Source: Octopus sinensis (taxonomy: Eukaryota). From it: a stretch of DNA of 64,000 nt. The translations under genes were made by a program, and so were the position numbers. Of this stretch, positions 1 through 13,090 are shown in pieces (position 1 is the first letter of the stretch; each line of letters starts with the position of its first letter). Location: positions 73,780,001-73,844,000 of the forward strand of contig NC_043001.1 of assembly GCF_006345805.1 (NCBI RefSeq). The letters run 5' to 3'. Under the pieces are notes generated by a model. The model was not told where the DNA came from and ran no database searches. It saw only the letters and a list, made by a program, of their open reading frames with translations.

Positions 1-1546
1 CAATTGGAGCAGAAACTTATGCTTGGATAAACTAGCACACCTGTTAAACTAAATTCCTTGTTATTACTGTTTCTCATATCAGTACACTTTCTATGCAGAT
101 AATCTAGCTAATTTCTGTTTTTTGTACCAAAAGTATAGAGTAATATTTTTAGTTATACAGTAGAAGAGGCCATCAAGAGCTAAACATAAAAATTTTGAAT
201 TCATGATTTCTGACCTGCACAAGTTCAAAAATTTGTAAGGAGGAGATGTCAGTAAAATCTAATTTCAGTACATTACTGGTACTTATTTTTTCTTTCATCG
301 TTATCCTTTACCTCAAACAAGTACCATAGATGCACAAGGATTAATTCAGTCAGCTGTTTTCCTACTCTAAAAATACGTGCTGATGTTAGAAATCAATTTG
401 GTAATTTCAACAAAAGATTAATAATTTAGTGCCGTGTAACTTAAGATTTAGTATGAAGAAAATAGCTGTGTAGGATGTAAAGATATTATTAACTTGTTGA
501 ATGAATAACTTATCTGTTTCATGTCTCTTGTACATTATTGGTATTTTATAAATTCATGTGGGAAGGGATGGAAGGGTGTGTGTGAGAGGTGGATGATGAA
601 ATATTTTTCCTTCATTTTCCCTCCTGGCTTGTTTTGCTAACTGAAATCAAGCCTATTTTCTTGCTTCATTAGTTTATTGATTAATTTCCATTGAGTCCCC
701 ATTATAATTGGGGACTTGTTTTATGTCTGTTTTTCCATGCTAACATTGGTTTGATGAATGCATATTGTTAAAGCATTGTTTTGCAACCAGATGCCTTTTG
801 TACCACTAACCCTTACCTGTTTTTCAAGCAAGGGAGTTTTCATTTCACTAGACTTTAAAAGTGCAAAGATGCTGGATAAATTGTCGGCAGAGAAATGACA
901 ATAGAAAACACCACCATAGCTCAATGATTTAAAAAAAAAATTTCTTTTATGCAATCGCAAACTGTAAGTGCTCCTACAGACACACACACACACATATCAT
1001 GGGCTTTGTATAGATTCTCTATACCAATTTCATTCACAAGGCATAGTTGGTTCAGGGCTATAGTAGAAAATACATGTCCTATAATGCAGTGCATTTGGAC
1101 TGAACCCAAAACCATGTAGTTGTGAAGTAAGCTCCCCAACTACACATCCATGCCTGTGCTTCAGTTTGATAATTTTATTAGCGACTAAACAGTGAACTCT
1201 ATCCTTTTTAGATAATTAGATAAATATTGTATTAACTCACTGGTGTTATCATTGCAGCTAATTGCAAAAGTTTGCAGCAGTTATTAAATTTGAGCTACAA
1301 TATTACTGACATACAGCCTGCATGCTCAATAAAAATATAGAAAACAGTTGTATCTAAAGTACCACTTTCCCCCTGCCAATGCAATAGTTATGTATTGTCT
1401 AATATCAACTTGAAATCTGAATATGTTAAATAATACATCCTCAGTATCCCAAGTCACATTTAAAGAGCAATTGGTTTGTTCTCTTTGGTATATGATAACA
1501 TTTAGATTTCTTCTAATTTAGACCATTTTTTCTTCATTTTTTTCAG

Positions 1547-1555
1547 ATTAATTAG
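1547..1555 (+). CDS. Candidate 9-nt microexon ATTAATTAG (adds L-I-R) of the same gene
   Basis: CTAAT branch-like motif near 1513, T-rich tract, ttcag acceptor, AG|gtattt donor. Open only in phase 2, the phase the 20672 exon needs. No transcript evidence. Confidence 0.3.
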   Translation: MN

Positions 1556-3674
1556 GTATTTGAAAATTTTTATAAATTACATCCATTTACTAAATCTTAT
1601 TTAACCATTACTTTAGATTAAGTTGGATGTTCTTAGGTCAATAATACAATGAGGAAAATAATGGCTTTCAACTTTAAAATACTCTATCTTCACTTCATAT
1701 TATTCATTTACTGTGCACTGGTGGAATGTCTGATCAAATTTGGTGCCAGATTCTTGACCCATCAAGCACATATCTTCTTTTGCTGAGGTGGAAGATTAAT
1801 TCATTTTTGTCTTGTGTAGACAAACTGGTGGCATTTGTTTGTATTCTTCTGGATTGCAACTGTGAACTTGAAACACCCTTATCTCTTGGCAACAAAGTTT
1901 CATAATGACATAAAATTGCGCATTTCTTGCATAGTAAAAGACTTGTACCATTGATACACAGAATTGGGTATAGTTACTAATATGGGAATCTTGGTCCCTT
2001 GTAACTACACCAATGGACTCATTATTTGTTTAGTTATATTCCACACAAAAAGAGAAACAAAGTCTCAGGAGGTTTGTGAGATGTTGGACAGTCTGCTCTG
2101 TTGGCAAGTTAAATCCAAATTACAAGGTCAAAGACAGAAGTGTGTGCATCTTAGTTCTCTATCAACATCCATTTAAATATCCATAATTCCATGCTAAAGT
2201 GGTTTAAGATGTCTGGCCATACTTGGCATTTTCTCAAACACTTGTAATATTGGTGTAAGCTTAGTCTAACAGACAGAATGTCTAACAGAAAGTGTGTTAG
2301 GTAATAATATAGGTTTTCATGGTTAGATACTTTTCAATGCACCAACTATTTTATGTATCAATCATTTTGGAAAAAATATATGAAGAGAAAATTTCAAATT
2401 TTTATTATAAGTTGGACAGGTTTAAAAATATAAATATTTACATGAGCTATCACAAGTATTTTTACAGCTAGCTATTTTAGAGTTATCGCTGTTTTATTTT
2501 ACAATGACTAGGAACAGTAAATTGTTATTGATCTCCAACACAAAACCCTTAAAAATTTGTCAAAATGCATGAACAGAAAAAGAAGAGAAATACACTGGAT
2601 AAATGGGCATATATATTTTTATCTGAAGTTGATTTACTGGACTAATATGAAATCTTGCAAAGAAATTTACAGCTGAATATTGATCTAAAATATTGGAAGT
2701 CTTATACTAATTACATTATGAAAGTGTCATAAAATTGTGAGGAATATAGAACACCGGTACTGTATTTGATGACATAAAAAATGCACCTCAATTTGAGCAG
2801 TGCATATTTAGCAAAAGAATTTTCAGTGTATTGAAGCTTATGGGAGGTCAACTTCACATATAAGGGTGATTCTTTTTGGAGACAAGTTTTGGAGAAAAAA
2901 AAGTGCATATTATATGCCATGATATACAGCAGGTTTCACTTTAGTATTCAACTGTCGGTAAGCCTGACTTCTTGTGGTTATGTGAGAAACCTATAAAATG
3001 ACATTCCTAGTTTAATATGAAATATTACTTGATTGAAATTTTAATGACAACTACTTCTGATTAGTTTGTAAAGAGAAACTTAATTCATATAAAACATAAA
3101 TGAACTGCTCTATCAGTTCATTTGGGTGGTGAATGTGTTTTTTAAATATTAAAAAATTTTTTTTTATTTTTGTCTTGACATTCAGGTATTTTTTAAAATA
3201 GAATTTTAAATAATTATTTTAATTCACTTTTATTTTGTGAAAATGGTCTGTTTGTCCTTGATGTAGAAGTATTAGTAGACTTGGTTACCAAAGAGTTTGA
3301 ATTAGTATTCCACCTCCTTGTTTCAGTCTTCCATTTGAAATCCTTAATTAACTCCAATTTTTGAATTTATAAAAAGTTATTACTCTCAGAATAATGAGGT
3401 GTTTTTGCTTTAAAACAATCCAGTTAATTTGATGTGTGTGTGTGTGTGTGTGTGTGTGTTGTGTGTGTGTGTGTGTGTGTGATTTGGTAGATGGAAACTG
3501 AAAGTTATTGTCTCCTTGCTTTGATATCACATGATAGTTGTAAACAAATGTTAATGTCATGGGGAAATATTACCTTACATGGAAACAACCGGATTGGTCA
3601 TAGAAAAATCTTCCTTAACTAAATTCTTTCTGACTCATGCTAGCATTGAAAAATGGGATGTTAAAATGATAATG

Positions 3675-3717
<43 letters not shown>

Positions 3718-3984
3718 TCTAGAGTGTTATCAGTCATATGATATAACTTGGGAAGTATACTTTAGCCGTTGTGGGTAGTATCAAGAAATATTATATATTT
3801 TCTTTTAATTTCTTACAGTTATAATCAAACTTTTATGAAATTTCTTGCTGCTTATACTAAATGCTGAAGTGAAAACACAAATGAAATTAAAAGCAAATTT
3901 CTCATTTGTGTGACCCTTCTTATAACTATTCTGTCTTTACTCACTCTCTTCTTCTTACTCTGTCACTATAATTCTTTCTATCTC

Positions 3985-4035
<51 letters not shown>

Positions 4036-5129
4036 GGAGGCACTATTTTACTCATTGTCTGCCACCATGCCAAGTATGTGCTCTCATCCTTCACCTTTTG
4101 TGTTAAGTATTTGTATCTCTCTTTTATTGTCTCTTCCCCCTCTCTCCATATGACTGGAGAAATCAACTGGCCAACATGTATATTGACTATTATTATATAG
4201 AGGTCCTTTACAGATCCCAAATAAAGCTAATCAACTCCTCGTCATATATGTTAATGTACAAATTTACATATTTGTATATTGTTGGATCTGCTGGTTTTGT
4301 CAAGATGTTCTTATTAACCACACAGTTTGGATTGGCATTTTTTAATAGAGAAAACTGACATTAAACAGTAATGTAATTTATCTCAGAGCACAACTTGAGA
4401 GGTAGCGTTTCAACCTGATAGAAATAGCAGCAACTCTCATGAAAATTACACCTTACCATCTTATGAAAAAGGGCACATTAAAATGTAACTTTAGATACAT
4501 TATGGTTGATAAAAAAATAGAATGGATATGGCTATCTTAGGGTAAATAACAGCAGTTAACAAGGCTTGCATTCATGACCATATAATCATTAACCAACCTT
4601 GCACTTTAACCTTATATCAGCTGTGTAGATATCTTTACAGTGAAATCTCTGATACTAATGGAAGTTTTTCACATAGTTTTCAATCTTGTATGCTATCTAC
4701 ATTCCTTGTAGTCATAATACAATTTTTTTTTTGGTGCTAGGATTCATAAAGCTGGTTGCTTCACTTCCATAATGTATAATTGACTGGAATTACAACATTC
4801 CCTCAGAACAGGTTTGTTGTAAGATTCAAGGTTAGCAATTTTGAGGGGAAGGGGAAATACATCAACCCCAGCACTTGACTAGTACTTTATCAACCCTGAA
4901 GGGATTGAAAGGCAAAGTTGACAGTCTGTAAAAAAACAGAAATGCTGCTGAGCCTTTTATCTAATGGTACTGCCAGCTTGCTGCCTTTTGTATGATATGA
5001 TATATATGATATGATGTAATGTGATGATATGATATATGATGTGATATATGATATACTAGCAAGTCCTGCTCTTGACAAACAAACTCTACTGTAGATCTTA
5101 CAGATATTTTTAAGCAGAAAAATGTCTGG

Positions 5130-5695
5130 GATTGTAATTAAGTCCTATCTGCAAAGTGCTCATTTCAAGATAGATTGTTCAATTCTTCAAGCTTCAAATG
5201 CTTTACATCTATTGTAGATCATTTGTTTCCAAACTGATTGATCTTGCTTCATCTGCTCCCAGTCTTCAACTTTCACATTAAGAGCCTTAAGGTTGCTTTT
5301 AACAGCACCCCTAAAATGTTTCTTAGGTTTATGTCTTGGATGTTTGCTATGCTGTAACTCCCTGTAAAACAACTGCTTTGGCAACCTGTCATCCTGCATC
5401 CTTGCTGTGGTGCTGATATGTTATCCAGGTCTCAGAAGAGGACAGGAGGACAGTTAAAATGCAAGATTCATAGATACTAAGCTTGGTTTTGTCAGACCAC
5501 ACATGTTTTTCAAGCCTTCCAAATGCTGGCTTTTTCAATTCGCAGGTTTATTTCAGAATTAAGGGATCCATCTCTAGAGAGAGTGCTGCCAAGGTAGATG
5601 AACGAGTCAACCACATCTAATCTTGTACCCTGGACAAAGATGGTTAGGTTCCACATAGGGTTGGCCTGGTGGCTGAGAGAACATGATCTTTGTTT
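5130..5695 (-). mobile_element. RTE-clade LINE 3' coding fragment
   Basis: KTKIMFSQPPGQPYVEP, VDSFIYLGSTLSRDGS and MQDDRLPKQLFYRELQHSKHPRHKPKK are typical RTE post-RT motifs. Confidence 0.8.
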
Positions 5696-5736
5696 TCTTT
5701 ATACACATGCACACACACATTATATATATATATATA

Positions 5737-6157
5737 CAGGGGTTCAACAAAATAATGGAAACACCTAGCATCATAGCATTATAATTTTGAAATATCTATA
5801 AAACCATCAAAAGTTTGTTTATTTTTATTGTTACTGAATGGCACGAGGTACATTCTAGTGAAGTTGAACAACTTATCTGGCCACCACAGTCCCCAGATCT
5901 CAACATTATGGAACATTTATGGTGTATTTTAGAAAAACAAGTAAGGAGTCAATATCCTTCACCATCATCACTACAAGAACTGGAGACTATTTTAGCTGAA
6001 GAATGGACAAAAATTCCTTTGGAAACAATTCAAACTTTGTACAAGTCCATACCTCGTAGAATTCAAGCTATAATTATTTTCAAAAGTGGTCTTATCCCAT
6101 ATTAAAATAAATTTGTTTGAAATTTTTAGGTGTTTCCATTATTTTTCCCAACCCATA
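5737..6157 (+). mobile_element. Internally deleted Tc1-like DNA transposon (421 bp)
   Basis: 31-bp imperfect TIRs (5737-5767 and 6127-6157, shared core AAAATAATGGAAACACCTA), TA flanks, transposase C-terminus WPPQSPDLNIMEHLW. Confidence 0.85.
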
Positions 6158-6536
6158 TATATATATCCGAAAGGCTTTTGTCCATTTTATATGTACATGT
6201 ATAATTCTATTTTTTATGTTACATTTGTCCAATAGTTGAAAGACCCTTTCTGCTTGTTATTTCCTTGTGTTTGTATATTGTTTGTATATGTACATTTGTT
6301 TGCCTTGCTCAGGGGCTTAATGCCCTCAGCTTAAGCCCCTGGCCCAACTGATTTTGAGTAGTATCAGAGAGAATTGGGCAAAACTATGTAGACACTCCAG
6401 ACTCCGACTGAAGAAGCAATTGTGTGTGAATGATCCATGTTTCTTGTTTTGTCCTGTTTGCCATTGTTGTGTTATCATCCTTTTCCTGCTTGTTATGTTT
6501 TGACCTTTTCCATTTGTTGTTTTTTACCTTTGATTT

Positions 6537-6593
<57 letters not shown>

Positions 6594-6729
6594 TATACAT
6601 TATATATATGTGTGAGATAATAGTTTCACTTCAATAGTTTCAGTATTAATAGCATTATGAAATTTTAAAAAGGTTATTGAAACAAATAAATCTGGTCCTG
6701 TGCAGACTATGTACTCGTTAAATTAAATT

Positions 6730-7100
6730 ATTTGATCCCTTTGCCTCCTATGGGGCATAATCCATTGATAACTTTTCTCTAGGCTGTCTTTAATGCTTTT
6801 CTCTAGTTGGATCCATGCTTTTTCAGCTCTGTCTCAATATTTTGCTTCATATGTTTCTCTAGAGGGAAGTCATTCTCTCCCAGGTCTTGTTGGTTTTGAA
6901 TTGTCATTGAATCTTCTGTATCTTTTGTTTTCTTAGACAGGGGTGTTGGTCCTACACAAACCCAGTGGTTGATATTAGCCAGGCCTCTATCCTTTGGCCT
7001 GTCAAGCATGAGCAGCCCTGTCCAGAGCTTGTGCTCTACTGGCATAGCTCTCAGGGTCATTGAGACACACAAACCACCATATTGCAGTAAGGAATGGACC
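6730..7100 (-). mobile_element. RTE-type LINE relic, apparently a 5' UTR-like segment joined to a 3' end
   Basis: 6730-6920 reads like a decayed GRPRETW C-terminus; 6935-7100 resembles RTE 5' UTR sequence from recall. Not verified. Confidence 0.4.
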
Positions 7101-7452
7101 TTGTGGCAGTGGTTAAATTAAGGTTGAAGTAAAATATAGCATAAATATAAACAGAACTATTTTTAACTACATATAATTTTTTTGTTCCAAAGAAAAGATA
7201 TAGTCTGTTCTATCATATAATTTCTTCCTTTACTTCACACGCCCTACTTTTATTTTTGCCTACTCTTGGAAGAACTGATGTTGTATACATAAAATACACT
7301 TCAGTTTGACTGATTTAGCAATGTAGGTGTTAAATATACACAGGAAGATATATTTAGGTGCACACTGAACAAAAGGAACCATAGTTTTACATAATTTATT
7401 TAAAAATTATCAGGAAATCTTTTAGTCATGTTTGATAATGTTTAGTTTGTCT

Positions 7453-7490
<38 letters not shown>

Positions 7491-7902
7491 AATAAGTGCA
7501 GTGTGTATCGTTGAGTATCGTTCAAATTACCTTTTATCATTGTATCCTGACTTTTCAAGCATATTATTTGTGAGTAGTTGATAGCTATTATATCAGCTGC
7601 ACAAACAACAGGTTGTAAATAGTATGAGGAATATCTCTTGGTTTAATGGAAGGCAAAAGATCTTTTTTTATGAGAAACTTTTGTGCATACCACTACTATC
7701 ACTATCATCACTGCTACCACAACAACCACTATCACAACTACAATAACCACTACCACCTCCTCTTATTTTCTCTCTTGGTTTGGGTTGCAAGGCAGTGGAT
7801 GGATAATGGTACAATTTTATATTCATTGTAATTTTTTGTAAATTATATTACTTCTTAGTTTTTTTTGTATTCTCTTTACAGTAACCAAACTTGAAATTAA
7901 CC

Positions 7903-7938
<36 letters not shown>

Positions 7939-8155
7939 TGGCCTAAGCAGAAGAAAAAGGGCAATATGTATGGCTCCTTTTAGAAGCTCTTTAAGATAAA
8001 TGGGAAGAGGTTGTGCTCAGACCAGAGACTTGATCTGACCTGAGTAATTGAAGCAGTGGACTCTGTAAAAGTACCTAGGGGTCAGGTGTTGGCGTTATAA
8101 ATCAGGCAACAGATTGTTTTCCATCCAATAACAGGAACAGTTTGCTTGACAGGCT

Positions 8156-8200
<45 letters not shown>

Positions 8201-8764
8201 TGTCTATCAGATTTCACTTGCATGTGAAATTTGGGCTGACCCCCAAGGTTGTAACAGATATTACTTGCTCAAGATGCTGTGCAGAGGGATTGAGCCATCA
8301 TCATCATCTAATGACTGTATTCCATGCTGGCATGGGTTGTGCAGTTAGACAGGATCTGATTAACCAAAGGATTATGTCACATTCCAATATCTGCTTGATG
8401 CCCTTCCTGATACCAACCACTTTACAAAATATACCAGGTGCTTCTTTTTCATGGCACTGACAGTAATGAGGTTTCCAAATAACTCACAAGATAAGACCCC
8501 TTGATCTTTGCCAAGTGATCTTCTTAATATAGTTTCACTTTCACCCATATAAACCCATTGTACTAAATGGTGTTTACTTTGGCTATCCTAGTCGGTTTCT
8601 CAGTGATACTGGAATTCCATGAAGTTTTTTAAAAAATTATCTCAAAGTTCTTGAAATGTTTTTCTTAATACATTTTACTTAAATCCAATACTTTACTTTA
8701 TGGCTGATAAAAGTTTATTAGAAAATTTGCGTGTTTGTCATGTAGCTATCTATATACTGGCATT

Positions 8765-8995
8765 CTGTTGGTTTCGATCATGAGGTTTCCAGTTGATCCA
8801 ATCAATTGAAGAGCCTGTTTGTGAAATTAACAGGCAAGTGGCTGAGCACTCCACAGATATGTGTACTCTTAACATAGCTTTCAAGGAGATTCAGCTTGAC
8901 ATAGATTGTGACAAGACTGCTCAAAAACACAAAAACACAATGAACTGATGATCTTATGGTCATGAGCCAGATACCTTGGCCACTAAGCCATGTGT
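8765..8995. mobile_element. Third SINE-like family (conserved central domain caagtggctgagcactccacaga)
   Basis: An inverted homologue occurs at ~61760-61870 (ttcaaaggggccagccttgtca...gagtactcagccattt). Family name not assigned. Confidence 0.55.
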
Positions 8996-9130
8996 TAAGG
9001 AGTGATATCAACGATAGTTTTAGGACTGATTGTACAGTTATATATTATTACTGACAATGTTATGATATACTGATTTGAGAATCATTACTGCAGTTCAGTG
9101 ACTAAAACTAGTAAAAGAATAGCTTAAATG

Positions 9131-9381
9131 TTGGATTGGTGCATAATTATTGTGGCTCTTTTTTTCCAACAAATTTTATTCAACAATAACTATAACATGT
9201 AACAAAAATATCTTTAAATGATTATTCTGGAGCATATTCACCATCAACTTCAATTACTGCTTCCCATTTGTTTAGCAGACGGCCAGACTGTCATTTAAAG
9301 ATGTTTTTGTTAAATATTGTTATTGTTTTTGTTGAATAAAATTTGTTGAAAAAAAGCTGCAATAATTATGCACCAACCCAA
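9131..9381 (-). mobile_element. Mariner-type MITE (251 bp)
   Basis: ~55-bp TIRs ttgg(a/g)ttggtgcataattattg...caacaaattttattcaacaa, TA at the right flank, and an internal minus-strand mariner C-terminal remnant NKWEAVIEVDGEYAPE*. Confidence 0.85.
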
Positions 9382-10859
9382 TAGATTTGTAATTACCTTT
9401 CTTTTTGTGTGTGTTCTTGGTTTCAGTTTTTGGGATTTGGCCATCTTAGAGCACCATATTTATTTATATTCATACTTAGGTACATAGGTACAAAGTTCAC
9501 TTTGTAACCACATGATTTGAGGTTCAATTTGACTGCATGACATTTTGGGCAAGTGTCTCTTCTACTATAGCCTTAGGTCAAACAATACCTTATGAGTAAA
9601 TTTGGCAGGGAGAAACTGAAAGAAGCCTATTGTGTGTGCGTGTGTGTGTGTGCATATGACTACATGTTTTGATGTTGTACTCTGATTGTAATAAGTCCCC
9701 ATTATTCATGTAGCCACTATGTAGTTCATGTTCAAAGGACTAACAAGAAACATCACCTTGCTTGGAAAACAGGTGAAGGTTAGTGATAAGAAGTGTCCAG
9801 TCATGGAAAATATGCTTCTACAAATTTTGTCTTACCCATGCCAGCATGGAAAGTAAGCATTCAAATGAGAAATAATGTCTTTTGCTGTACAGTTATGACT
9901 TGTTTTTCTTTCTTATTGTCCTGAACACTCAGATTACTTTCTCTGTATTAGAAAGTAGAAAAGTAAGATACAATGAAAATGAGTAAATTTAGTCTTAATT
10001 TCTATCTTTTCTACAAAACATTTTTTATCCCAATTAAACCTGCTTATTAACATCATTATGAAACAATTTGGGAACACAGATCAGGCAATGTAGGTCAATT
10101 AAGCTACATCCAATGCCACTAATCTCACTCATTTCTTTGTTTACCTAATTTGGTCAATTTTGATTATGAATATGGAGATAGAACAGTTTTTTTGAATATG
10201 GAGATAGAACAGTTTTTTTTTTTAATGTCTCATATGATAATTTCGTTTCTGTATTTGGTTATCCAGATTCTTTATTGAATTTGTGTGTTGAAGCATATTT
10301 TATTGTGTCTGGGGAGAGTCATTCTCTTTTAGTGCCTTATTATTTAACAGACTCGCTGGTTTGATTTCCACTCATTTAGTTATTTATTTTTTCTAAAATT
10401 TTTTTTGTTTTGCAACCTTTTCAATAGACATTATCTCTGTCCATTATCAGCGCTGCATTTTTGTTTGTGTGCATATATGCATCAGTGTGCATGTGTATAC
10501 ACATGTATGCATGCATGTGTGTATGCACATATATTATGTGTGTATATATGCATATATATATATATATGCATGTGTGTGTGTGTGTACCTGTCTTCTTGTA
10601 TGTGCATGTTTGAGTGTGTGTATAGGTTTGTGTGACAATGTACATGCGTCTGTTATGTATGGATATGTGTGTGTATACGAACATGTGTTTCAGTTTTCAT
10701 TTGTGTATGTATGTGTGTGTGTGTGTGTGTATTTCTGCTGTATTACCTATGTGCCTATCTATCTAGTTATCTGTTTATGTATATGTCCATTTACCGACAC
10801 ACACACACACGTCTACATAACAGCCTACTAAGAACTCTACCTGTGTATATATAAACTGT

Positions 10860-12240
10860 AGGTATTGGGGTATGACTACCTTCTACGTATATTTCCTATT
10901 TAGTACTGGGGATGTTTCATTTATGAAGACATACTCCTGTATTTGTCTGAGTGTCAGGTCCTTCGGGTGCTTGGATAAAATACGGATGTTAGGTTGACCC
11001 AGTGTGCCTCCATGTTGGCAAAGTATGGAGGACTATTTTTTGTTGTCATATTGTCTAAAATGTTCATTTAGTCTCTCTGCAATGCTTCTAGATGTCTCAC
11101 CTATGTATATCATGTTCTTGTTTTTACAAGCACCCTCTATGCACCTTATGCTGTAGACTACATTTCTAGTTCAACAGTTAATGCCAGGGTTAATCTTACA
11201 TACCATGCAGTTTTCATTAGTGCATGTGGTATTCTCAAAGGGGTACATCCTACATAGTTGTGATCTGATGGAGTTCCCTGGATTTTCAACAATCTTAATG
11301 TTGAGTTTGGCCTCCTTTAGAGCTTTCCTAGATCTTCAGGCTAGTTCTCCCTGGGCTGTGGCCTCTACAAATATCACTCCTTGATATTTGTTGGCCTTGT
11401 ACCACGTGTTCACCCTGTTTGTTTTGTTACAAACTTTTGTATCCTATTCCAGACTTTACTTCTGTATCTAGGGCAGGTACCATTGGTTTCATTACATATA
11501 ATGTTATCTAACTTCTTTCTAGCTTCCCTGTATACCTGAACCCTATCTTTCTGATCATGTCCAGAGAATTACATGCAGTGCATGAAGTTCTGTACATGTT
11601 TCTTTGTTTCATAGGGTTTGCATAGTGGGGACATGTTGTTCATTATCCTAACTAAGTCTGCTATCAGTATGTTGATTATCATGTTCTATAACAAAGCTGA
11701 GTTCTTGTGAACAACATATTTAGAAGCTATGGGTTTCATGTAATAGGAGTGGAGGAGCTGCACTCTGTTGTTCATGGTCTCTAACCAAAGTTCAAGGACA
11801 GGGAGTCTATTGTTAGGGTGTCTTGTGGGATAATCTATAGTTACCTTGATACTTTGGTGGATGAAGTTAGCTATGTGCTGGATGCTCTCCATTATGCTCC
11901 TCTTGGTTTCTACATAACAATTACTAGAGTTTGTCCTAACTAGAATATTAATGTCATCTACATACCTATGGTAAAGCAAAACAGTTGTGGATTGTTCCAC
12001 TAAGGATTGCTCAAATTTTCTGTCCCACAAGGTCAGACAGGTAATAAATGAATATTGTATGGTATTTACAATTCACCTTCGTGATTATTTTAATATTTGT
12101 CATTTTCTTTCTGGCATATTTTGGATAAACCAGCAAAGGTTATTTTCCTTTCGTCATGATATTATCCATGAGATCCAAAACATTTTAGATCTAATATAAG
12201 ATGCTTATCTGTTTTATGTTCCATTCTCTGTTGCTGTCGC
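10860..12240 (-). mobile_element. Decayed Penelope-like retroelement (RT plus GIY-YIG endonuclease)
   Basis: ORF 11686-12030 carries the RT motif YHRYVDD. Hand translation downstream across stops and frameshifts gives WYKANKYQGVIFVEAT, CTNENCMVC, VYSIRC, YIGETSRSIAERLNEH and RQIQEYVFINETSPVLN, the GIY-YIG signature. Confidence 0.88.
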
Positions 12241-12379
12241 TAACACTTTCCACCTTCAAATCCTCACGTTTTTCATGCACACACACTCACACACACATTT
12301 ACACATGTACTTCACTGTGGTTTTCTTAAATTTATCCGCAGTTAACTTTCATAAGGCTTGATACATGAATTTCTTTCTA

Positions 12380-12421
<42 letters not shown>

Positions 12422-12870
12422 ATGATTAGCAAACTGTAAATGAGTGCGTTTAGTTTTACAGAAATTAAATAAAATTAATACTAACATTTCTAAATTGAAT
12501 GTTTTAATGCAAAAGTAACTTAAGGAATTGTTTTAACCTAGATTTCAAGGATTTATATCACCCCTCGGGGGCTAAATATCTATGCTTTTTACCCTTTTCT
12601 GTACTGTATGCTTAAAAAAACCCCCAAAAAACTCTATTTTCCTAGAATTTTATGCTCCCTAGATAAAATTAGGATGGAATTATTGCCTGCATTGGTTGAT
12701 AGCTAAATGAACTGTGCTTTTGTGATTTTTTACCCTATGGTTAGTTATTGAAAACTTCTATTTTCCCTTAGTTCATGGTGGTTTCACAGAAAATAATTAT
12801 TGGTGGTATTTGACAGCATTTTGATATTTTTCTTTGTTTGTGTTTGAGTGAGCGGATAAGTAATTAATTT

Positions 12871-13090
12871 TAAAAATTGCAGACTACATCATACATGCAA
12901 AATTGCAGACTGCATCATACATGTGATCAGGAAAACACAAATCTCACAACTTGTGAAGTAAAAACAGTTATGTCATTTGGCACACTACCTCATGAAGGTC
13001 ACTGTTAGCTCTCACTGCACATGCAACTGTGTACTGCCATCTGTTAGCATATTACAGAACTAGTCTTGGAAATTTCTGATACCATCTCAG
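12871..13090 (-). mobile_element. Mariner 5'-end fragment (same family as 41016-41275)
   Basis: Its reverse complement aligns by eye to 41016-41200 (tgagatggtatcag..., cagatggcag, gcagtgagagcta, cttcacaagttgtga). Confidence 0.7.
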
